DNA of 50,727 bases. Origin: Mayamaea pseudoterrestris (Eukaryota). This document shows positions 1-9,954 of this stretch, one piece after another. The stretch spans positions 992,001 to 1,042,727 of the forward strand of contig BROI01000011.1 in assembly GCA_027923505.1 (NCBI GenBank), in the 5' to 3' direction. The notes below the pieces were generated by a model that worked only from the letters and a program-made list of their open reading frames with translations, made no database searches and had not been told where the DNA came from. Each line of letters opens with the position of its first letter. Position 1 is the first letter of the stretch. Made by a program: the position numbers and the translations under genes.

Positions 1-437
1 TGTCAGTGTGACATCAACTTCGCCAGCAGGTGACTGTGTACTCTGGCAGCAGCGCATATTGCGGACAAATAAACTTCTCGAATGCATAGCCATTCAATAC
101 TAAGGAAAATAATCAGGCTCGAGCTTCGCCTATTGGCATGAACGTCTGGATGGCTTTGGTGGTTGATGTTGCAAGTGTCGGCTTCGCGTCGTCAACTCCT
201 TCCAACTGAAACGTCACTTCGGAACTTTATATATAATACAGAAACCGTCATCTCCGAACTAAGACATCATCATGACACCTTGACACACGACCAACCAAAG
301 CTTGGAAGTTCGACGACCATGATTTTGCGTTGATGGCTTGCCCACTCTTTTGGTTGATGTTGGCCTCCATCGAACGCGAATCTATTGACAGCACCTCCTT
401 CATTGCAGCGTCAAAATAAATAATAATTTTCAAAATA

Positions 438-953
438 ATGAACAACGCAGTCATTCCCTTTCGCGAGCAATCGGCAGCCGTCGACAAGGCTGCCGAGCGC
501 AGCGTGGAACTCATTCGCAAGTTTGCCAACATGGATCCACGCGACTGCTCCAATAACGCCTGGAAGGATCCGGAACAAATACTGCAGCAGCTGGATGAGG
601 CACGGACGCAGCTGGCGGATGCCTGGGATGCTCTTCAAAAAGCGATTGATGCACATCAAGCTGCAGCCACGCAAACGAACAAGCCACGTGTTTCAGAAGA
701 TGATTTGCGGGCGTCGTATATTGACATGATTACCGACTCGTTTGCTGATGTATTGGAGGAGATGCGACACAATGAGACTGACATGGATATAGAGATCTTG
801 GCCGATTGCTTGCAATCTGGTCTTGAGCTCATGACGCAAGAAGACAAGGATTTGTTTTTAGAATGCATTGGCCGCGACGAGAATGACAATGACATGCTTA
901 CGCCGCATGAGCGGCGTCGACGACAATTAGGATATAATGTTGAATTGGAATGA
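438..953 (+). CDS. Hypothetical acidic, alpha-helical/coiled-coil protein (171 aa)
   Basis: ATG-to-TGA ORF preceded by an AT-rich stretch. The composition is protein-like (QQLDEARTQLADAWDALQKAID; acidic C-half). No family recognised. Confidence 0.7.
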   Translation: MNNAVIPFREQSAAVDKAAERSVELIRKFANMDPRDCSNNAWKDPEQILQQLDEARTQLADAWDALQKAIDAHQAAATQTNKPRVSEDDLRASYIDMITDSFADVLEEMRHNETDMDIEILADCLQSGLELMTQEDKDLFLECIGRDENDNDMLTPHERRRRQLGYNVELE

Positions 954-1268
954 AAGTTGTAAATCAAAGTCAAGATGCACGCCTTGAAAGGGACATCTCG
1001 GAATGGACAAGTATGAGGAAGAATTATGAAGCGAGATTGGTTCCCATGTCGTGGAGGCAGTGAATGCGCTCGTGCACCAAAAATATGTATACAATATTTA
1101 TTAGAACAATGTTATCTTATCAGCAGCCAAGCGCGATATCAGTGACTCAGTACTGCTCGTTGAAAAAAGAGAGCCATGTGCCATGATCTGACGTAGCGCT
1201 TCCACTCGCAAAGTAGGCGCATGGTACACAAAGCCTATCGGAAACGCACAAGCTGTCTCATGATGTAC

Positions 1269-1868
1269 TTATGTAACTGTATGCTGCCTTTTGTAATCAT
1301 CAATTTGATTCTGCAACAGCGAAATGGCAAGCTGTGCCTTGTCGTCCGTCAAACCTCTGTGACTTTCCGTCCTGACAAAATGTCTGTCAAAGCTATGAAG
1401 AGTTCCTCCCAAAAGCAAATCCTCGTCATCCAGTGCCACCCACGCCAAGGGAGGTTTGCGCTGCTTCTGCAGCCAATCGTCAATCTCATAATGTCGCTCC
1501 GAATGCATGGATGGGTCCGTAATGTCGAAAAAGGAAAACTCGGTCAAGGGACCACCATATTCGTATGCATATTGATGGAACTGATCGAGTATATCTTGAA
1601 TAAATTTTGGTTGTACCCTCCACGTTGAGCTCAAGACTACCTTTGTTTTGCCATGATGTGCCTGTAGAATGGTGGAAAAGGCCTGCAGTTGATCGTCTGG
1701 AAAACGATCCTTTCCAAAGGGCAGTAAGACGCCATCAATGTCCAGGAAAATGATGACTGATTCTGAAATATCTTGCGGCTCGCTCAAGGGAAGGCTTGCC
1801 ATGAGTGCATGGTCGTAGCAAAGGACAATCGAAGGTCCGTGCGCCGATGACGAAGCAGTGAAGGTCAT
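1269..1868 (-). CDS. HAD-superfamily phosphatase-like protein (resembles the HAD domain of Swiss Army Knife RNA-repair proteins, HAD_SAK_2 type)
   Basis: Motif I IIFLDIDGVL, motif II VVLSSTWR and motif IV WVALDDEDL are present, plus a C-terminal GLT. The ORF-track start at 1919 is TTG. The first ATG is at 1868 and an alternative ATG is at 1802 (MASLP). Confidence 0.85.
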   Translation of the reverse strand: MTFTASSSAHGPSIVLCYDHALMASLPLSEPQDISESVIIFLDIDGVLLPFGKDRFPDDQLQAFSTILQAHHGKTKVVLSSTWRVQPKFIQDILDQFHQYAYEYGGPLTEFSFFDITDPSMHSERHYEIDDWLQKQRKPPLAWVALDDEDLLLGGTLHSFDRHFVRTESHRGLTDDKAQLAISLLQNQIDDYKRQHTVT

Positions 1869-2049
1869 GGTGAAACGAGGGCGCCTTCGATCGGTAGGTG
1901 ACGTCACAAGGAATCGCAACGGTTATGACAAGGCGACGTCAACGCGAGCGCGAAGCAGTGCAAAAGTCATCATCACGCTTTGCACGACCAAACTCCGTCT
2001 AGTAATACAGCTCGTCTATTGTAAAGTCTTTACTCAACTTTAAAAGATC

Positions 2050-3579
2050 ATGGTGCGTTTACGAAATGTGGAAGTGCTGAAAGCGTATCTCTTGTCGCTT
2101 TTTACTTTTAGTTTTGAGAGTGTCGACAAAATTTTGGAAAAAGCTCCTCACGTTTCATTTATTTGAAAATGAATCACGCAGGGAGCCGCCATTAGCACGA
2201 GCATTAGCATGGGCTTGACCTACTGCTGCTGCAATGTTGCTGGAAATTTATGCCAGACTTGTCTAGGATCAACGGCGGCAGGAACGACGGGTCGCAAGCG
2301 TTCGGCGCTACTGCTGCTTCTGACAGTGATGCTTTCCCTCTGGTTTCAGTATTCCGTCGGACCTTCTATTGTGACGCAGACTGGAAGTATCTGGAAATTA
2401 TATCGCTGGATACCAGGCATGGGAACCATGGTCTTTAATGCCTGGCATGAGCCATGCGAAAAGTATCAGGGAGACGAACACCTATTGGCCCAGTGCGCTG
2501 GATATGCCGGCGTATATCGACCAACGAGCATGGCGAGTCTCTTTTTTGCGGCGTCGGCCGTTGCTGCAAAACTTAATTCGGAGCTAAATCGACAGGCCTG
2601 GCCGGCCAAGTTTGGAGTATACATGTTCGCAGTGGCGCTGTCAGTGTTCTTGTCAAGTTCACCTTGGTTTACAGGAATTTATTTATTCTTGGCACGCATT
2701 GGAGCAACTGTATTCTTGTTGCTGCAGCAAGTTATTCTCATTGACCTTGCGTACAATTGGAACGAGGATTGGGTTAACCGAGCTGATCAAGCCGATCGCC
2801 TTGACTATGGGAGTGGACAGGCGTGGTTACGATTGATTGTTGGAACTTGCGCAGGCTTCTACCTTTCGACGATTGTGGGCATTTCACTCTTGTATCACTT
2901 GTTTGGAAACTGTCCATCTAACAATTGGATCATAACCTTAACGCTACTGGGTGTCATTGCTTTCACGGCGATTCAGCTCAATTCAAGCGACGGGTCGCTC
3001 TTGACGAGTTCCATCATGAGTCTGTACGTCGTCTACTTGGCATACTCAATGGTCTCCAAGAATCCCGATGGTCACTGCAATCCATACTTGGGTGCAAATG
3101 ATGTATGGGGTATTACGATTGGACTGACATTGACGGCCGTGAGCTTGGCGTGGACTGGGCTTTCGTGGACAGCGGAGGAGCGGCTCAATGCAACCGGGGT
3201 GCAAGCGCCGAGGACGGTCAATGGAAGCGACAATCCCCATCATTCTTCCAATGAGGTGAACTTGGACGTGCCGTTCTTGGATCCAGAGGATATGCCAACC
3301 TCTGGACTGATTGTTGACTCGGATGCTGCCAACACGTCGTCGGGAGGTACGGATCTGTGGAAGCTCAATGTCGTCTTGTTTTTGATCACATGCTTTGTTG
3401 CCATGACGCTGACTGGCTGGGGCGCGATTGACCAGCTCGATGAAAATTCGAATGCTGCAAATCCAACGGTGGGTCGACTGAACATGGCGGCCATTGGAGT
3501 GAGTCAATGGGCGGCCATTGGCATGTACATTTGGACGATTCTCGCGCCTCAGCTATTCCCGGATCGAGACTTTTCGTAA
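2050..3579 (+). CDS. SERINC: Serine incorporator (Serinc/TMS/TDE family) multi-pass membrane protein; exon 1 = 2050-2052 (ATG), intron 2053-2181, exon 2 = 2182-3579
   Basis: Cys-rich N-terminus, about 10 hydrophobic segments, and Serinc motifs C.G..GVYR, FLLLQQVILIDLAYNWNE, GSLLTSS, AMTLTGW and terminal WTILAPQLFPDRDFS. ATG|GTGCGT...CACGCAG|GGA splices in frame to give MGAAISTSISMGLTYCCC. Confidence 0.93.
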
Positions 3580-3759
3580 AGACATACACGCTCAATAAAG
3601 CTGTGGCAACTGCGTATCTTCTCCATGAATGGCTATTGCATGACGGCAGGGCGGGCATGAAATGCGAGGCACGTCAAAGGAACAGGAACACGCTTGTTCG
3701 GCTCTCGCTTTTGCACGTAAGTTTATTACATACTCTACCTCTATAATATTTGCACTTAA

Positions 3760-5226
3760 CTATTGCTTATAATTGCTGGTAGGACGTACGTATGCATCTT
3801 CGGCCGGCAAGGTGTGCCAAAACTCTCCGTCTGCTCGCAGATGAGGATGTACGTAAAGCAAAGGTTCCAACAAGGACGCGCCCAGTGCCTGCGCTCTCGC
3901 TGGACTCCATCCTCGCTCAGGATCTGGATTCGACAAGCAGTCCTTGAACGGCATTTCCAACGTGACGGAGAGACAGTCGAAGCGAGCAGCAACCTGCGAG
4001 GATGCCACGCGGTGTATCTTGGACTCGCTGCATGGCTTGTCCCATGCTTCGTACCCGATTGTTCGCTGCATATCGGAATTGGCGCGCTCGTATGCAGAAA
4101 CAAAGGCGCCGTGCAGGCTCCGCAGCCGATCGCCCCAGTTTGGAACTGTGGGCTGGGCGCAAAAATTGTACGGCAAGACTTCGTCGCCATGCACGTCAAT
4201 AAAGACATCGCAACCAGTATCCTTCATCTTGTTCAAAACGCCAAACACTTCCGGTGATCGCTCAAGTGTCGGCGCTTGGTAAACGTCGGACGAGTCGGCC
4301 CATTCGCGATTGAGATTGGCTCCGCCCGCGTTGGTGCGAAGGTGTCCGCGCACACCTCCGTCGGGGTTCATGTTGGGAACAATGTGCAAGGTATACATCG
4401 ACAAGATCTTTTCGACAGCCGCATCATTGGCCGAATCTCCCAAGAGTCGCATCAATAGTCCTTCAGCATAGTACTCGGCCATGTGCTCGCCCGGATGCTG
4501 CCGATGAATGATCCATCCAACGCGGTCACCAGACCCGACTGTGACGCATTCAATCTCTCGACCATCCAAGCTTTGTCCAAGCGACTCCACTGCAGCAATG
4601 GGCGACGAGCAGCATTTTTGAATGAGATCTAAGTGTCTTGTGTATGAAAACGGTGGAAAGTAGCAAAAGTAAACGCTGCTTGAAAACTCATCATGCTGGT
4701 GCATCCACTTTAGTTTGCCGTCCTCGTATCTGGTTTCAATCTTTCGTTTCCACGAGTCGGATTCGTTAATGGAAGTCGAATAAAAGACTGTCGATTCCTC
4801 CCATGCCTTGGCGTACGATGTATTGCAAGCATTTTCAATAACATACTCGACGAGTGCCGACGACAAAGCGTTCCGATGAAGATTCACCGTCGACCGAAAG
4901 GAAAAGTACTGCAAATGGTTCGTCTTTTCCAGTTCCGTATATGGATCAGCCTTGACATTGAGTGATACTACTAATTTATCGTCTTGAATCTGCGTTCCGA
5001 CCCACTCAATGTTTCCTCCGTCATACGCGTCGCTAATGGAAACGCGAGGATGAGCTTGCGAAAAGAGGCGCGCCGAATGACGACTTGACGCTGGTATCCG
5101 ATGTAGACTTGGCCGCTGTAACAACAGTCCAGTTGCTTTTTCGGCTCTAAGAAAAAGACTTGTGACAACCAAAGCCATTAATAATCCTTTCCAATCTGAC
5201 TCAGTCGCTCGGCGAATGACCATCAT
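3760..5226 (-). CDS. Zinc carboxypeptidase, peptidase family M14 (Nna1/cytosolic carboxypeptidase-like, with the M14 N-terminal beta domain)
   Basis: Zinc ligand motif HRQHPGE, plus NPDG, NLNREW, DVHGDE and catalytic LTLEMPFKD; N-domain ISDAYDGGNI and YFPPFSY. The start is uncertain: 5403 is TTG, and ATGs lie at 5370, 5226 and about 5178. A hydrophobic signal-like segment LLMALVVTSLFL precedes the domain. Confidence 0.92.
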   Translation of the reverse strand: MMVIRRATESDWKGLLMALVVTSLFLRAEKATGLLLQRPSLHRIPASSRHSARLFSQAHPRVSISDAYDGGNIEWVGTQIQDDKLVVSLNVKADPYTELEKTNHLQYFSFRSTVNLHRNALSSALVEYVIENACNTSYAKAWEESTVFYSTSINESDSWKRKIETRYEDGKLKWMHQHDEFSSSVYFCYFPPFSYTRHLDLIQKCCSSPIAAVESLGQSLDGREIECVTVGSGDRVGWIIHRQHPGEHMAEYYAEGLLMRLLGDSANDAAVEKILSMYTLHIVPNMNPDGGVRGHLRTNAGGANLNREWADSSDVYQAPTLERSPEVFGVLNKMKDTGCDVFIDVHGDEVLPYNFCAQPTVPNWGDRLRSLHGAFVSAYERANSDMQRTIGYEAWDKPCSESKIHRVASSQVAARFDCLSVTLEMPFKDCLSNPDPERGWSPARAQALGASLLEPLLYVHPHLRADGEFWHTLPAEDAYVRPTSNYKQ

Positions 5227-5425
5227 GCGCAAAGACGCAAACACTTGGCCAGAGAGTCGTCTGCTTTTGTGATGGGCTTTGGACGAAGCGTGACACAAAA
5301 CGTGTTCGATGCTGGTGCGACATTTCGCCAAGTTGAAGCGCGCCGCGATCACCGACGACGATTCCATCATTCGTCCGTTTCCAAAGGCGCGCCGCGGGGA
5401 CAACGAAATAGGAGAGATCCACAGA

Positions 5426-6739
5426 ATGACACTTTCGGCAAGACTGATAGCATGGCTTTTTTGCCTTCAGACTCCGCTCTTGAGTGTGGCGCTTCTTTCA
5501 GTTCCGACATTGAAGTCACTGACTCACAGTCCACGGCAGCAGCAAGAATTAGGACATCAGCGACGTTCCACAATCTTGCACTCAACAAGCAGTACAACGA
5601 GACCCGAAAGAAATAACGAGGAGACTAGTCGTCGTTTACAATATAACAGTCTCGACAAGGCAGCAGTGACAATCATTGAGCCTCAAACCAACGTTCAAGT
5701 CATTTTGCTCGGATGCTTTCATGGATCGCAAAGCTCGGCACGAGACGTTCAAGCCTTGCTTGTTCCGCCGCGATCAGACGAGAAACACACGTTACCAACC
5801 AAGGCTGTCGTGCTGGAGCTATGCGCCAGTCGGTTTTTGAGTTTGAGAAAGGGCATGGAACAAGAAGAAGACGCGATGAAAAGTGACGACGATTTCGACG
5901 AGGCAATGCAGCAGCAAGAGGAGCAGCCTTGGATGACACGATATGTCCGCATGGTGTCCAAAGTGTCAAAGTCGCAAGGAGTATCAACTGGCATTGCTTC
6001 GGCACTGCTTGGGTTGGCGTCGGGATGGCAAACCGCCATGGCCGGACTGGAACCTGGCCTCGAGTTCAAAACGGCACTGTTGCACAATCCAGAAGGTAGC
6101 GACGTTATTTTGGCGGACCAAAGCGTTGATGAAACACTTTATAAGCTTGGTAACCTTCCAGCAACCTTTCTGGAGCTTTGACGCGCCTTTCTAAGCAAGG
6201 GATGGGACGACTCGTTTGGAGTGGAAGCGGACGCTTTGACGAATGCCGTGTTTGGGTCGTCGTCACCGACCGACCAGCACCAGCAGCAGCTAACGGTTCC
6301 TGATTTCATGACACGGAACTCTGCAGCTGTCAAGGACATGCTGCGACTGATTCTCCTTCCACTAGTTGGTTTGGAAACTTTGAATCTGATTTTGTCAACC
6401 TTGAGTGACCATCTTGCCAGGACGACGACATTGGACGCGTCGAGCTTTGATGGCACCACCATTGACGGACCTCACTTGCTCGTCAATTTATCACTCAACA
6501 TGTGTTTTCTGCTTGCCTGCTACATGGGAGTCGCTCTTCCCGCCGCGCGGGTAGTGTTACGCGAGCGTGATGAGCGTCTTGCCCAAGGCATTCGGGCAGC
6601 ATGCCGCATTGTTGCAAAGAATGAAGAAAGCGACAAGGCCAAGCCAAAAGGACGAGTCGTCGCTGTCTTGGGACTACTGCACGTCAATGGAGTCGCGCGA
6701 CGTTTACGAGCTACTGGGAATGATGAGAGACCAGCATGA
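5426..6739 (+). CDS. TraB/PrgY/GumN-family (TraB-domain) protein with one in-frame TGA at 6179-6181
   Basis: Track ORFs 5309-6181 and 6221-6739 share a frame (offset 912 = 304 codons) and are separated by a single TGA. TraB motifs span both parts: LLGCFHGS, VVLELCASR, PGLEFKTA, VILADQSVDETL, then LRERDERLA and VVAVLGLLHVNGV. The first ATG at 5426 is followed by a hydrophobic signal-like segment. Confidence 0.85.
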
Positions 6740-7153
6740 AAACGACAGCTTTGTAGCCGTCATGACTCCGTTTCAGCGACTGTGAGACGACATCGATCGA
6801 GCGTGCTTGTTCAATACAATCTCAGTCTCCTAATGCTCCTTGACACCGTAGCCTGATTTTAAACTCGTCGGCTACCAAAAGTGCTTTGTGGCGTTGACAC
6901 TCATGCGAAAACGATGCAAGTGCACATCGGCATTGATTGAACTGACATTGCACGCGCCGGCAATCAATTCACAAGTAAATGCAATACTATGAATATAAAC
7001 AATTTGTTACAGTATGTCAATTATTGTACGCACTTTTGAATGTCGTGGCAGTACTTTGGTGGCTGCCATTGTCGATGCGAGATCGGTTTAAACGTGAGTT
7101 ATTCGAAAACTTAGACGCAAAATGAATCGTCAGCCGACTCGTCCCATTCACCT

Positions 7154-8008
7154 CTACGCTTCCATATTACATCCATCATTCGAGTAGCTGTCAGAGCTAA
7201 CCATGTTCAAATCATTTAAAAGCATGGCGTTCTGAACGCGATGCTTGGTGACTTCGTCACGCATCATTTCCATAATGAGCGTTTTATTGACCGCCAACCG
7301 AAGCAAGCCGTCGAAGGGATTCATGCTGCTAGTGTTTTTGTATGCAGAGTCATAGTCCGCGCCGTCTGGACCTGCGGTGTTTTGCGACTCGGCCATGTCG
7401 ACAAATTCGCGAGAACTGCTTGGACGCACATCGTTCGTCGTCATGTCCACGGACGAATCATTCGTAAAATTCATTGGCTCCACCTCTTTGTCATATTCGT
7501 TCGTAAATAAAATTTGCTTATTTTCCTCTTCCTTTTCATCAACCGCAAATGATCTGGCAGCAGGAGCTGAATCAGTCATTGAGTGTCGCTCCTGCGAACG
7601 AAAGCTTGTCACATCCATAAACGTCGGGATTTTCATGGTCGATCGCGATTGCTTTGTAAACTGAAACTTGGATTTCTTCGAGGTAAATTGATTCGAACGT
7701 TTTTGAGGAGGGTAGCGGCGCGGCGTTTGTTGCGACATGCGAGATGAACTCACCGATGACGACGATGATGCAGCCGGCAACTGGTGCGGAGTAATGATGG
7801 CTGAAGGATCAAGAACGTCATGAGTCGAGTTCATGATATTACCATAGTAGTCTGTTATGCTCGAAGGTGTCTTTCCGCCAGCATAATCGTCGAGGAAGCT
7901 GTGGTCGTCCGTCATGGTGGTGCAATTATTTATCCTGCCTCGCCGAGACGACGAGAAATGCGACAAAGACATCATGCGCACCGCATGCGATGGGCGCGGC
8001 CGGCGCAT
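7154..8008 (-). CDS. Hypothetical Ser/Thr-rich, probably disordered protein (up to 284 aa)
   Basis: Long ATG-initiated ORF in CpG-rich genic sequence, with a poly-Ser tract and a short C-terminal helical segment (LIMEMMRDEVTKHRVQNAMLL). No family recognised and the start is uncertain. Confidence 0.55.
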   Translation of the reverse strand: MRRPRPSHAVRMMSLSHFSSSRRGRINNCTTMTDDHSFLDDYAGGKTPSSITDYYGNIMNSTHDVLDPSAIITPHQLPAASSSSSVSSSRMSQQTPRRYPPQKRSNQFTSKKSKFQFTKQSRSTMKIPTFMDVTSFRSQERHSMTDSAPAARSFAVDEKEEENKQILFTNEYDKEVEPMNFTNDSSVDMTTNDVRPSSSREFVDMAESQNTAGPDGADYDSAYKNTSSMNPFDGLLRLAVNKTLIMEMMRDEVTKHRVQNAMLLNDLNMVSSDSYSNDGCNMEA

Positions 8009-8354
8009 GTTTGCACGCCTGTCAGGTTTTGTGTGTCGTAGGCTATACCGTCGCTATTTATTTTTATATGCATAGCTAGGGCAAGTCCCTGCTGGCACCT
8101 AAGATGCTCCTGTCATTCAACTGCACCATTAAACTTCACCCATAATAGCTGGCAAGTCCCTTCAACAGCAATGTGGGTGAAATTCCCAAGGCCAGCCTGT
8201 GCAACATGCAGGACCAGCTTGAGCAATGTATGGGAGAAGCTAGCTCAATCATAAGCTCAGGTGCAAACAAGCTGTCAGCGGGACAATACACTGGTGCAAC
8301 AAGGTTGCTGTGAATGACCAAGACTGAATGTTGTGAGACATGTCCGGATATATC

Positions 8355-9557
8355 CTACTGCAACCAACTCCATTGTGCTACAGTGTGTGGCCTTCAAACA
8401 CTACCCCCAATAGTCTTGTTCCATAAATTCTGTTCTGGCAATCCTTTGGGACATGTATGCAGTGACATTGGTGCATAACAATCATTCCCAGCTCACGTGT
8501 AGCATCAGTTCTTTCGGAGGGCAAAGATCCACACAGTAACCAGCTACATGGTGCTACAGAATAAGGCCTTTAATGACTACCCCCAAAAGTCTTGTTCCAT
8601 GAATTCTGTTCTGGCTATGCTTGAGGACAAGTATGCGGTGAAATTGGTGCATAACAATCATTCCCAGCTCACGTGTAGCATCAGTTCTTTTGGAGGGCAA
8701 AGATCCCCACAGTAACCAGCTACATGGTGCTACAGAATAAGGCCTTCAATAACTACCCCCAAAAGTCTTGTTCCATGAATTCTGTTCTGGCTATGCTTGA
8801 TGACAAGTATGCGGTGAAATTGGTGCATAACAATCATTCCCAGCTCACATGTAGCATCAGTTGTTGGGGAGGGCAAAGATCCACACAGTAACCAGCTACA
8901 CGGTGCTACCGGTACATGTGTGGCCTTTAATGACTACCCCTCATAGTCTTGTTCCATGAATGCTGTTCTGGCTATCCTTGGGGACACATATGCGGTGAGA
9001 TTGGTGCATAACAGTCATTCCCAGCTCACATGTAGCATCAGTTGTTGGGGAGGGCAAAGATCCACACAGTAACCAGCTACACGGTGCTACAGAATAAGGC
9101 CTTCAATGACTACCCCCCATAGTCTTGTTCCATGACTTCTGTTCTGGCTATGCTTGAGGACACATATGCGATGATATTGGTGCACAACAATCATTCCCAG
9201 CTCACGTGTAGCATCAGTTGTTGGGGAGGGCAAAGATCCACACAGTAACCAGCTACACGGTGCTACATGTGTGGCCTTTAATGACTACCCCTCATTCTTG
9301 TTCCATGAATGCTGTTCTGGCTATTCTTGGGGACACATATGTGGTGAGATTGGTGCATAACAGTCATTCCCAGCTCACATGTAGCATCAGTTGTTGGGGA
9401 GGGCAGAGATCCGCACAGTAACCAGCTACAAGGTGCTACAGTGTGTGGCCTTTAATGACTACCCCCAATAGTCTTGTTCCATGACTTCTGTTCTGGCTAT
9501 CCTTGGGGACACATATGCGGTGAGATTGGTGCATAACAATCATTCCCAGCTCACATA
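8355..9557. repeat. Satellite A: about 176-bp monomer, about 6.8 tandem copies
   Basis: The anchor GCA(A/G)AGATCC occurs at 8521, 8697, 8873, 9054, 9230 and 9403 (spacings 176, 176, 181, 176, 173). Copies differ by scattered substitutions. Confidence 0.95.
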
Positions 9558-9954
9558 GCTAACAAAGTTATAGTCTTTTCAATTAATGTCATGAAGCATG
9601 TCCAGAAAAACACATTCGCGGGGCGGGGAGGTGGTTTGTAGGATCAATGGCTTCACAAAGCCTGCATTGACTTTTGCGCGCTCCACATGCACAAACAAAC
9701 ACAGCCAAGCAATAGACAGTAAAATTGACCCTGGCCTTCAAAGCAACCTTTGATAAGAAATGCCAACAACTCTTAACTACAGGTAGATGGAACAAATGGA
9801 GAGGCTAGAGATTGCAGTATTCAAGTGGTAATTAATGACTCTTTGAGAGCACACTCCTACTGTAAAACAATGTGCTTTGGGATAGCTAGCATGGTCATTG
9901 TGAGGGGCCATTGCATGCACCTGAAGCTTGACGTCATCTACGTTGTAGTGGCAG

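Noticed and set aside
1..553. Minus-strand ORF 248-553 and a possible gene fragment at the window start
   Set aside because: It overlaps the better-supported plus-strand gene, has no recognisable motif, and I found no convincing spliced continuation towards base 1.
8071..9561. CATAGCTA at 8071 and 9554 as a possible 8-bp target-site duplication around satellite A
   Set aside because: There are no terminal inverted repeats inside the putative TSDs and no transposase remnant, so it is compatible with chance.
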